A stretch of DNA of 64,000 bases from positions 71,300,001-71,364,000 of the forward strand of contig CM059436.1 in NCBI GenBank assembly GCA_030390025.1, given 5' to 3'. This stretch comes from Squalus acanthias (taxonomy: Eukaryota). Under the pieces are notes generated by a model that was not told the DNA's origin, did no database searches, and saw only the letters and a program-made list of their open reading frames with translations. The position numbers and the translations under genes were made by a program. Positions 1 through 10,990 of the stretch are shown here, one piece after another; the first letter of the stretch is position 1; each line of letters opens with the position of its first letter.

Positions 1-730
1 TAACTTTGACCTGCTGCAGATCTCTTCTATTTCATCTTTGTCCTAAATGATACATCAAAGTGCTCACCAACCACTTCGGATTTTATGAAATCATTTAGCG
101 GATGTAAAGATATCGCTGGAGCTAATTCCTGTCTTTCAAAAAAAAAGTGGTCCTGCGGCAGAGATTGTGATAAATATCCTGGTCAAAAGTTTAATTGCTC
201 ATTTTTTTCCTCTTTTTAGTGCCAGAGTAATGATAGAAATACTGTTTGAAATGTGGCTCTCGGAGTGCGCGTCACTGTTACTTGCATTATCGAGACACAG
301 AATATCAGACTGAACTGAATCATGTTTAATGCTGCAGTGTTGGGCTAATTTTAGCATGGAAAGAGGATGAAGATAAACTGACTACAGCTAGGCTCCATAT
401 GCCATGCCGATGATAATACCGTATTGTGCGATACTCTGTTGCTTTATTACATTTGTTTGAGATGTAAAAGAAGAATTTTCGTATTACCGAATGTCTATTG
501 CAACTGTTACACAAAATATATGCTGCTGTTTTGTTCAGTTCCTGCACATTCAATGAGCATTAGAATCTGTAATGCTATTAGCGTCATTGTATCGCTGCAT
601 TAGCCTATCAAAAAGGTCTCAAGCATAGGTTTAATTCACAGTTTGTTTGGCTGAAAAATGATCAAATTCGTTTGAATTGTTTTCAAACCCAATATGTTCG
701 GATTCTGAAAGGCTGCCAAAGTGTAGCATG

Positions 731-786
731 CTCTCCCTCTCCCTCTCTCCCTCTCTCTCCTGCTCTCTCTCTCTCTCTCTCTCTCT
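731..786. repeat. (CT)n / CT-rich microsatellite
   Basis: Imperfect then perfect CT dinucleotide run, directly visible. Confidence 0.95.
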
Positions 787-1964
787 CGGTTGAATTGAAA
801 TTCCAACAAAGCCACGATTTTTCCAAACAGATGATGAAGTGGTTTCATATTTGGGGAATTTTAGTTCTACAGTTACAGCTAAAGAGTGTTTGACCTTTTT
901 ATTTGTAACTGAGACCACTTCACAGGGCGGGGATTATTTGTTCCTGCTAAGCTGAGAAAACCCCCAGTGTGGACACTGCGGATGGAGTGAGCCTTGTTGT
1001 AGGACTTGGAGGGTGGGTGGAAGCTTTGTGTTCACAACTGGCAAAGAGCTTGACCTGTGGGTGACCCTGGCCAAACAAACGCAGAGCTGAAGAGGCTCCT
1101 TTTGACATAGATACCCATTGAGGGTTTTTAGCAGAGAGATAACCTGACCCTCACAGATTTCCAGGGAGTTAGGTTCAAAACGCCTGACACAAGGTATTCC
1201 CAAGTTTGTCTTGGAGGAATTAAATTGTTGTAAGGTGAAAGATATCAAATACTGCCAGAGAGGGGTTAGTACAAAAGGTGGTGTTGATGCATCCCTTAGT
1301 GTGTGCAAGATGGTGGAAGGTGCATTTTAGTAAGTTCTGCTGCTAAGTTGTGTTGCCTTGATGAAGAAGTGCACACATTTTAACAGGTAATTTGATCTTT
1401 GCAGCAGCTCATGAAGTTGAGAAATAGGCAGGGCTCCATTGATGGAAATGTATGATAAGTGCTGAATAAAAGGGGCCTGGCATTAAGCAATGCCAAATCT
1501 CCTCTCTGCTATCCCTGCTCTTTGTCTCCATAGGGTCTTTTTCACAGGAACAAATACATCCAAGTAAATAAAAGCAAAACAACAGCAGTGGCCCATATCA
1601 TCGCAGCACACATGCTCACAAGTCAACTTGTGCAGGAAGCTGGGAAGGCCTGTTGCATACCACTTCCATTGCATCTTTATCTCTCCAGCTCATTGTTTGC
1701 TGCTAAGAGCACAAGCTGCAATTTCCCCAAGTAAAAGCTTCCTGTTGCCTGCCTTTTTAAGGGAGTGTTTTTTCAGCAAGATTCTTCAGTCCATTGAATA
1801 AATGGTGGAACGATGAAGCAAAGTCTAAAATGATTACAGGAGCAGTCACAATGCTTAAGAGCAATGAAGATTCCACAAAGCAAGTGGTTAGGGAGGTAAA
1901 AAAGCACAGCAAGATTCCAAGTGTCTCAGCAGACACTTTAATTCAAGTAATCAAATAATCAGAG

Positions 1965-2388
1965 CAACAACAACTTGCATTTATATAGCACCTTTGACGC
2001 AGTAAAATGTCCCAGGGCGCTTCACAGGAGCGATTATCAGACAAAATTTCACACCGAGCCACACAAGGAGATATTAGGACAAATGGTCAAAGTGCTAGGA
2101 TTTAAGGAGTGTCTTAAAGGAGGAGAGAGAGGTGGAGAGGTTTAGGGAGGGAATTCCAGAGCTTAGGGCCTTGGTAGCTGAAGGCACAGTCTCCAAGGGT
2201 GGAGCACTGAAAATTAGGGATCGGCAAGAGGCCAGAAATGAAGGAGTGCAGGGATCTCAGAGAGTTGTAGGGCTGGAGGAGGTTACAGAGATAGGGAAAG
2301 GGGCGAGGCCATGGAGGGATTTGAAAACAAGGATGAGAGTTTTAAAATCGAGGCGTTGCTGGACCGGGAGCCAATGTATGTCAGCGAG
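1965..2388 (-). mobile_element. L2-clade LINE 3' fragment
   Basis: Reverse complement of the 55428-56230 family; starts with (CAA)n-CTTGCATTTATATAG tail. Confidence 0.9.
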
Positions 2389-5185
2389 AACTGTTCATCC
2401 AAGTTATTCTGAGGAAAGCATAATTGTAGTTAGACTGTATCTTGATATAAATTGAATTGAAAAATGGAAAGGAAGGGTATGGAGTAGCATACATGAAATT
2501 TATTCAGAGTTACAAACTTTACTCATCTGTAAGAAATTACACGGTTTTCCCAACACAAAGCACAAACATATTTCAGCCCCTCTTATTGGCACACATGGAT
2601 GAAGCTTTATGCTAATAACCATACCTAAGGTACTCTCGCTACCCCTGCATGTCTGGCCAGTGCTCAGGAGTTAGTATTGCAGAGAGGCAGTCCTGTGCCC
2701 TAGGGCTGTGTCATCAATTTCTGTATCCTGACAAGTAATTTTCTCACCGTGAAAGCCTCAGGAATCCTGTGCGCTGTTAAGAGTTAAGTCCTAATGTGAT
2801 GCAATGAGAAAGTAATATGTGAAAAAGAAAAAAAGTATATTACGTTCACATGGTGTCTAAGTTGAGGAAGGAGTCCTTAAATTTTAACTATTTACTTGTT
2901 TTAAGAAAAAAACATGAGAGGAAGCTATGTTTATTTGATCGCAGGGTTTGGGCGAGTTAATAATTTTATTGACAGTAAAGTAGTGATTTGTTGTACCGCA
3001 TTGACAAGATAAAAATAGATAATTTACTGCAAGGTTATCTTCTAATTTCAGTTTATCAGACAACTAATGTGTTACAAGCCACATAATGCCACATTTGCTC
3101 AAGCCTATATTTTAAAATAATGGTACATTTTCCCCTGGTTTGACAACATGTGAATGTAGACATAGTAAAGTATGCATCTAAGGTTTTATGTTTGAGTGTT
3201 TTAATAAAACCGCCCAAGAGAAATGGGAGAATGTTCCATTTTCCAGCGTTAGCATCCTTCATCTTAATGACCCACAAAATTCACCCAAAAAAACTTTAAG
3301 AACTGTAGAAGAACAGTTTGTTGAAACAACATTCATTTCTGGCAATTATTGTAAAATCCCCAATAAACTCACTGTTTAATTCAATCTCTGAAGCTTTCAT
3401 TGTTTTGCAGAATTGTGCCTCAGAGCTGCTGCTGCTGTGCATTTAAGAGAATCATGGAAAGGCACTGGACATAAATGAAAAAAAAACCATAATATGCATG
3501 CTCACAATCTAATGGTAATAATGAATTTAGAAACATTACTTTATCTTGGTTTAACCATTCCAGGGTCCTTTTTAGTCCTTGCCTTTGCCTATGCCAAAAC
3601 AATCCCCCGCTGTTCTAAAATCCATGACAAGTACATATCATCTCATTTATTATCATCTCTTTGCATTTTTGAACTTGAGCGAAGAGGTGGTGGAAAAATT
3701 CCCCATGTAATAAACAGAAACACACATTGTAGCTTCTCCTAGTGATTTGAGTGATCTTTTCTGAGTTGTTTGTTTGGGGGCCATCAGCTGAGACAGTAAC
3801 AAAATATGCTTTTAATATGTGGCGGAGGAAATCAATCTCCCCTCCCCCCACCCCCACCCCACAAATTCATCAAAAATGTCAAGAAATGATGAGAACCCTT
3901 GGTGTTAGTCTAAATCCTTGCACTGTATCCTCATTGCTGTTTGAGTTTAGCATAAGACATGTTTGTTATAGGAAAACGCCATACACATTACTTATCTCCA
4001 GCCTGTGTCGTTTAGATAAGTGGTATATCAAAAAGTATTCATCCACTATGTCAATAGTTAATAAAAAGAGCTCATTTTGGTAAACTGCAGAGCTGAGTTT
4101 ACACAATGAATAAAGAAATATTTGGAAACACGTTAAAAGGCATGGAATGCAATCACCAGCTGTTTCAAATGGCACACTGGTGGGTTTTTGCTCTCTGTCG
4201 CTCTGTCTCTCACTCACTCCTGAGACTGAAAAGAAACAGAGGACTTTATTACCCAAGCTAACATTGCAATCAGAGTTACACATTAAAATAATAAATCAAA
4301 TTGGTTTGCACTCTAAATGACACATTGACCAAGGCCGTATCCAATAGTTGGAAGTGCAGTATCTGCAGTCATTGATACAGGCCAGTTAGTGGTGTATGAT
4401 TTTTAATGGCAGGAACAGAGATGGATGGTGGAGGTGATGGATTTTTTTTTTAAAGTGAGAGGAAGGAAAATATGAAATGGTATCAATCCATAAAAGTATT
4501 GATTTTAGAAAATGTCGGTACTGTGAAACGTGGGACTGATGTCTGTTTTTGTCGAGAGGCAGCCCTTATTTACTTTTGTTGAAGATTCTGCTCCGAAGGA
4601 CTGAACACTTGCTAGAGGTGACTGCCTAATTGGGATGACCACAAGGGCAGGTTTCACTGTAGCGTACAGGCTGATATTGAGCTTTTTGAATATGCTGTTA
4701 GCTTTGTTAGCTGGGATAATTACTCTCTTGAAAAGGGTAAATGCTCCAGCATGCTAACCTCTTGTGAATTCAATAAGATTGTTTTTTTTTAAATATATTG
4801 CAGTGCCAGTATAGTAAGATATTTTTTTCAAATAGTACATTAAATTGGTTGAACCTTTTAAAGATTATGGTCACAGTTTTTGAAGGAGCCTAAAAACTGT
4901 TGCCAAGTTTACTTGAGATTATTTGAAGGATAATGTGAATGAAAGAATAGCCCCTGTTTCTTTATGTTTATCTAATTCCATCCTATGACAGTTGGATCAG
5001 GAATTTTACCCCTTTTTATGGAAGGCCTAAAATGATGCAATATGTTTATTATTTTTTGAAAGCTGCAGAGAAAATGTGATGCGCTTTGAGAGGTTAAAGA
5101 ATTCATAATCTGTTTTGTCCACCTAATTGTCAAAACCATACCTATAAATGTGCGACAGAAAATCTCCTATTGCTTCTAAAGACAG

Positions 5186-5900
5186 TGGGGGAGAAAGCTT
5201 TAGCGGTAACGAAAAAGTAGCGGCAGGCGCTACGCCAGTGAATCCAATGTGATCTTCGGGTTTAGCGCTCCAGGAAGGAAGTGGCGCGCTAAATCAAGCG
5301 CTACCGCTTCCCCTGGAGCGCTAAAATTCGGCAAGAAGGGCGGTAGCGGTGCAGCGCTGCCCAGTGGCTGCCGGGAACGGAGCTCCTTCCTTTCCTTAAA
5401 GGGAAGGGCCATTGCTTGCAGGCTCTGCATTAAATCGATGTCCCTCGTCGCTGACGACAGCCGCGATCCGCGACGATCAGCCCCAAGCACTCTAACAGAG
5501 CGCAGGGCTGATCAATCACGGCACAAGAAAAAGTTGCAAAAACAACCTAAGGGGTGAAAACAAATTTTTCATTGGCACAAGCAGCCTTACCTTTAAATAG
5601 CGCTCCCCAAGCAGCCGGCCTCCCTAACAACGCCTCCTGCAGCTGCCGGTGTTGTCGCCCAGCGATGCCGCGGGGGGCGGAACCGAAGTTTAGGTCCAGG
5701 GCGCTGCGCAGCCGGATGACGTCATGCTCTCCGGGCGCAGGAGATCGTGACGCTAGTGGTTACCGCCGCCACAAACCTCCACGTCAATTTTGCGGGCGCT
5801 GGTACTATCGCCGCGCCCGGTCGCAAAGCCGGTAGCGCCCCGTTATTGCCCCCAGGAGGCATTAATGGGAGGCACAAGGGAGGCAAATTTTTAGCCCAGT
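5186..5900. mobile_element. GC/CpG-rich non-autonomous DNA transposon-like element with internal hairpins
   Basis: Sharp GC/CpG step; stem TTAGCGCTCCAGG...CCTGGAGCGCTAA at 5261-5325; right end AAATTTTTAGCCC resembles ends of other TIR elements here; shares TTTCCTTAAAGGG with the element near 60690. Confidence 0.65.
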
Positions 5901-5944
5901 AATTGGAAACAGACAATGTGAAAGCTAGTCTGCCCTATTCATAT

Positions 5945-6148
5945 TCAAAATTTGGTGGTGTCATATTTGACCATGAAATGAGCTTCCGACCACATATCTG
6001 CGGCATAACTAAGACCGCCTATTTCCACCTCCGTAACATCGCCCGTCTCCGCCCTTGCCTCAGCTCATCTGCTGCTGAAACCCTCATCTATGCCGATGTT
6101 ACCTCTAGACTTGACTATTCCAACGCACTCCTGGCTGGCCTCCCACAT
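5945..6148 (+). mobile_element. L2-clade LINE ORF2 fragment
   Basis: Translates GVIFDHEMSFRPHICGITKTAYFHLRNIARLRPCLS...SRLDYSNALLAGLP, matching the copy at 55525. Confidence 0.9.
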
Positions 6149-6184
6149 TCATTTTCAGATGTTACATAAACAATATTCATTACG

Positions 6185-6507
6185 TTACATAGAATTACTC
6201 AGAATGCGCAGCACAGAAACAGGCCATTCGGGCCAACCAGTCCATGCCGACGTTTATGCTCCACTCGAGCCCCCTCCCATCCTTCCTCCTCTAACTCTAT
6301 CAGCATAACCCTTAACTCTCTTCTCCCTCATATGTTTATCTAGCTTCCCCTTTAATGCATCTATACTATTCGCTTCAACCACTCCCTGTGGTAGTGAGTT
6401 CCACATTCTCACCACTCTCCGGGTAAAGAATTTTCTCCTGAATTCCCTATTGGATTTCTTGGTGACTATCTTATATGGCCTCTAGTTTTGCTCTTCCCCA
6501 CAAGTGG
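6185..6507 (-). mobile_element. CR1 LINE 3' fragment
   Basis: CAGCACAGAAACAGGCCATTCG tail plus antisense ORF2 C-terminus (GAGTTCCACATTCTCACCACTCT). Confidence 0.85.
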
Positions 6508-7074
6508 TTAGCTGCAGAAGTCAAATAGTTAAAAAAAATTACCTGTGTGTAGATTAGGAGTTGAATTTAAGCCTCACGGCATGCAGCCAATCCCCAGAGT
6601 GGAATACTAACCTCTTAATATACAAAACTGCTGAGATGAGAAGTCCAGGCTTGCAGTAACTCATTCACCCACAGGCAATCCTGTGAAAACAGCAAGAGGG
6701 AGTTCCTGCAACCCCAAAAACCACCTAGATTTTTCAACGAAGAAAAACTTTAATACCAAAAAAAGTTGAAATTGGTATAAATGTTTCTATGAATAAAAAG
6801 CTTTCTTTCATGAAGAGATTCTTTTTAAATAGTAATGAGCAGGAGATCTTAAAAAAAAAAATCCTTCCTGATTTTGGAAGTGAAGAAGCAAGCGACTGCT
6901 GTTTTATTGTAGAATACAAGTCAGGAAAAGTAACAGCCACCTGACACCGACAAAATATGTTTTCATACCAACAAAGTATTAGCCATATGTTTTCTGTGCG
7001 TTTAATGTTGTGAAACAATTGGGGTGTAGGAAAAGGTAATGGGATATTAGTCAATTTGTGCTTGTCTTACTGAG

Positions 7075-7200
7075 TATTTACAGCACAGAAACAGGCTATT
7101 CGACCCAACAGGTCCATGCCGTGTTTATGCTCCACATGAGCCTCCTCCCACCCCTCTTCATCTCACCCCATCAACATGTCCTTCTATTCCTTTCTCCCTC
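7075..7200 (-). mobile_element. Short CR1 3'-tail fragment
   Basis: TACAGCACAGAAACAGGC...TTATGCTCCAC; same tail as 6185, 32180 and 53790. Confidence 0.75.
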
Positions 7201-7358
7201 ACTCCCATCCTTTTAAATAGGGTCACAGATATTAGCAACCCACCCCAGCGTTATGCTTAGTAAAGTCAGTTAATTATGTGGATAATTAAAAAATGAATTC
7301 GGAACTTCAGATGATACCTGCTATAAGCCAGCTAATAGAATAGCAAGATTATAAAGTA

Positions 7359-8116
7359 TTGGCCCAGAATTTGCGGTCAGCGGTGAAGCGACGGTGCTCG
7401 CCACTGACCTCAAAGAAAACTGCCCACAAAGATCTAGCGATCTCTGTGGCATCGATTTCAGCTCTCCCGACCTTTGTTTGAATTTGGCACCAAATGAAGT
7501 GAATCCTAAACATCTAGCCACAGTGATGTCAGCAAGCTGGCTAAGCAGCCAATCACATTAAAGAATTCTCACAGACAGCAAATCAGGAAGTAAAATGCAC
7601 AGATTCTAATTTACTTCTTATAAATTTTACAGAGAGCAAAATAAAGATTGGGACATACACATAGGATTAAGGTAGAAGTTGAAATATCATAAACAAACTT
7701 TAAAAAAAATTATATTAAAAATTTGTCATTCTTATCATATGAATGGAAAAATTTGACATTCCACAAATATAAAATTAGTTTTTCAGGGCCAAAACAGTTG
7801 TTCAGCAGTCAGTACGGCATTAAAAAACCAGTTACCCCTTTATCAACAAGGCTTAAAGTTTTGGGGAATTTTTAACAGCGCTATTCCATCGTAAAAGGGG
7901 AAGTTTTCATCCTTATATGTGATTTCAACTGATTGCCGACTCTGGGGACTTCCACAGCGCAACCTGTGGCGGAGCAGTGAATGACTGACCGTAACTTCAG
8001 GATTTCCACGTTTATCTGCGCATGGGCTAAATCCTGAAGTTGCGGTCAGTTTCAGAGGGGTAATGACGACGATGCTGACAGTTTCGCCGTCATTACCACC
8101 GCAAAATTCGGGCCAG
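7359..8116. mobile_element. MITE-like element, copy 1 (imperfect 19-bp TIRs, TA flanks, four internal hairpins)
   Basis: Left TTGGCCCAGAATTTGCGGT vs reverse complement of right end CTGGCCCGAATTTTGCGGT (15/19); TA at 7357-7358 and 8117-8118; second copy at 20948-21455. Confidence 0.85.
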
Positions 8117-8657
8117 TATGAATAACTCTTTCAGAGGAGAGTCCTAAAAGTTAAATGAAGAAAGTCATACAGCATAACAGTTTTACAAAGGTTGACACTT
8201 GTGAAAACACAAAATATTTTTATCTGCATTATCCCTCCAGGATACATAGACCCTGAATGTCCTGCCAGCTGCAATGGCGGCGCTCCCACCTGCCTATTCT
8301 TTGAATTCTGACTCCCGCCCACTCTCTGGCTCAAGGGCAATTATATATGCAATACAGCGAAGGCAAACAATTGCATGAAGGAATCTGGCATTTTAAAGTT
8401 TAAATTTTCCCCCAGATACCCTCAACATTTAGTGCTGCTCGGGTGCCAATGGTGGGAAATATGTTGTACAACATTATTTCTCTCATTTTCTGCATTATAA
8501 ACAGCCACCAAATCCTACACAAGTTCTGATGGGCGGAAAAAAATGGGTATCTGGTGTAACTGGATCCTCCACTCCCCCCCCCCCCACCCCACACCCCCAC
8601 ACACACTTAATTTCCAGCCCATCCACCCAGATTATGCCAATTTGTGGAAATTTGGGT

Positions 8658-10324
8658 TAGTCATCTCTGGCCGTACAGACTAATGTCCATAGGCAGGTTA
8701 GAGACCAGTGGAACAAAATCACAATTGGCATTCCCTTGCCAGTAGGATCATATTGCTCATTTGTAGTACTCTTTTTACAGTCAGTTTATTATAAAAGGAA
8801 ATTGCCTCACTTTATATAGTGCACAAGATTTCCGATTAGAAGTACATAGCTGATGTACTGAAGACACGTACTGGAGAGTAGTGTTTAAACTGCATCAAAT
8901 TTTGCTAGCAATGTACTGCTCAACCAACTCAATGTGTCCCACATGTATTCAACCTTACCTGCAGTGATTTATTAAAGAAAAGTAGGAGTTTTAACAACAA
9001 GGCCGTGCTTTACTATACCCAAGCAATCAACCCCCCCGAAAAAAACTATACCCTTCTGCTCCACTTGGCCCCACAAAAATAATATCGAACTTAGTTTGCC
9101 TGGGCCTCTTCTCCTTCATTGCCAGCAGAAATGACGGGAATGTGCACAGTGCACTCTCCAACCATTTCCAACTTAAAATGGCAGTCGGGGTCCTAGGACT
9201 CCAATTTGCATATTGCAAGTGGCCTACCGTCTATAACAGGCAGGTGCTTTGTTAGCCAATGGTAAGCCCCTTTCTTAATGGCACCGGCCGCATAGTCGGG
9301 GTAAATGAGGCGGTAAGGCTATCAACGCCATTTTGAGGCCATGACTGCTCTGTTAACGCCAGGCGATACAAGTTAAAATCAATCCCAAGATTTAAAAAGA
9401 CTTGTTAGAAGTATGACAGAGTCCAAAATTTGTGGCATACACCCAATTCCTAATAAGCCCCTCCTCTACTCCAAAAATCAGATTTAGTATTTTGTATAAT
9501 CTCATGGAGGGATAACAACAACAACTTGCATTGATATAGCGGATTTAATGTAGTAAAAACGTCCCAGGGCGCTTCACAGGGGTGATTTATCAAACAAAAT
9601 TTGACACCGAGCTAAGGAGATATTAGGACAGGTGACCAAAAGCTTGGTCAAAGAGGAGCATCTTAAAGGAGGAAAGAGAGGTAGAGAGGCAGAGAGGTTT
9701 AAGGAGGGAATTCCAGAGCTTAGGGCCTTGGCAGCTGAAGGCACGGCCACCAATGGTGGAGCGATGAAAATTGGGGAGGGAAAACCATATTATAATAGAC
9801 TACTGCAACTGGCAAAGATTTAGCTGAGACGCAGGTTCATAACTTGTGTTACATTTTCCATAAGACAATAGTTTAAAAAGTTTAACATTAGAAAAAAATC
9901 ACATTCATTTTTCGCAGAGGACAAGAATTTGCAAATTTTTAAAAAATGATCGTTTTTTGTGAGGTTGTTCCGGCAGGTTGAAGTATGAACTATGTGCTAA
10001 AGTTACTGTGTTTTTTCAATAAATCACTGCAGGTAAGGTTGAATACATGTGGGACACATTGAACTGGTTGAGCAGTACATTGCTTGTAAAAGTTGAAGCA
10101 GTTTAAACACTGCTCCTCAGTATGTGTCCTCAGTACATCGGCTATGTAGTGGTAATATGGAAATTTGGGTGCAATATTATCTGTGGCATTGTCCCTTTGT
10201 ATTAAACTGACTGTAAAAAGCACACTTTTACAAATGAGCAATATCAGTCTATAGACGGGGAATGCCAATAGCGATTTTGCTTCTGTGGTCTGTAATAGAC
10301 ACTAATCGGTAGAGCAAGAGACTA
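8658..10324. repeat. Long inverted repeat (arms about 8658-8975 and 10015-10324)
   Basis: 8908-8973 is the reverse complement of 10018-10083 at 64/66 nt; alignable similarity continues outward about 250 nt. Confidence 0.92.
9514..9778 (-). mobile_element. L2-clade LINE 3' fragment (inside the loop of the inverted repeat)
   Basis: (AAC)n-TTGCATTGATATAGCG tail and GAGGGAATTCCAGAGCTTAGGGCC body as at 1965-2388. Confidence 0.9.
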
Positions 10325-10721
10325 TGGCCCAGATATTCCTTCCCCATACATGGGCGCTGGACAGGTGGGAGTGCACCAGATGTGCGCTCTTCCCGTCCAG
10401 CTTACCACGTTCCCGAATTTCGTGTCATGTGCCATTAGCATGAACTGAGCTTCCTAGAATTGCCTTGCATTGGGAATCAGAGGTGGAATCAGGGTCCAGC
10501 TAAAGGTATGAGAGGCCATCTCTAGTGTTTCTTCTGGACTTCTTGTTATATTCAGGCTGCATAGAGTGACACCACTATTCCCAGCCAGATGGGAGATGAA
10601 TGGGTAATTCCCCAGCCAATCACGCCTGGAGACCACACTGCTGTAAGTGACTGGGATTGATTTTACACACATCATTTGTATTATGTAACTATTCTCCACT
10701 CGCTGCAATTTGCTGGTGAAA

Positions 10722-10833
10722 TCATAAAATCATAGACTAGTACAGCACAGAAGGAAGGCATTTGGCCCATCGAGTCTGCGCCGGTTCGTTCGAAGAGCAA
10801 TCCAGTTAGTCCCACTCCCCCGCTCTTTCCCCA
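10722..10833 (-). mobile_element. CR1 3'-tail fragment
   Basis: ATCATA repeats then TACAGCACAGAAGGAAGGCATTTGGCCCAT; similar to 61838. Confidence 0.75.
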
Positions 10834-10888
10834 TATCACCCTGCTTTTATCGGGAGACGTTGCTGCAGTTTCAGTCATGAGTTCTCTT

Positions 10889-10990
10889 TTTAAATAGACT
10901 CTGTAGACTGTTTGCTGTAGTGCGCTGTTTAAGTAGATTCTGTAGACTGTTTGCTGTAGTGCATTGTTTAAGCAGACTCTGTTTGCTGAG
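10889..10990. repeat. 39-bp tandem repeat, about 2.4 units with decaying subunits
   Basis: Near-identical units TTTAA(A/G)TAGA(C/T)TCTGTAGACTGTTTGCTGTAGTGC(GC/AT)TG at 10889 and 10928, partial third at 10967. Confidence 0.85.

Noticed and set aside
631-918. ORFs with RERERE / SLSLSL tracts
   Set aside because: Translations of the CT microsatellite.
5230-5916. Overlapping Ala/Arg-rich ORFs and a possible CpG-island promoter
   Set aside because: By-product of GC content; sharp boundaries, hairpins and motifs shared with other TIR elements favour a transposon.
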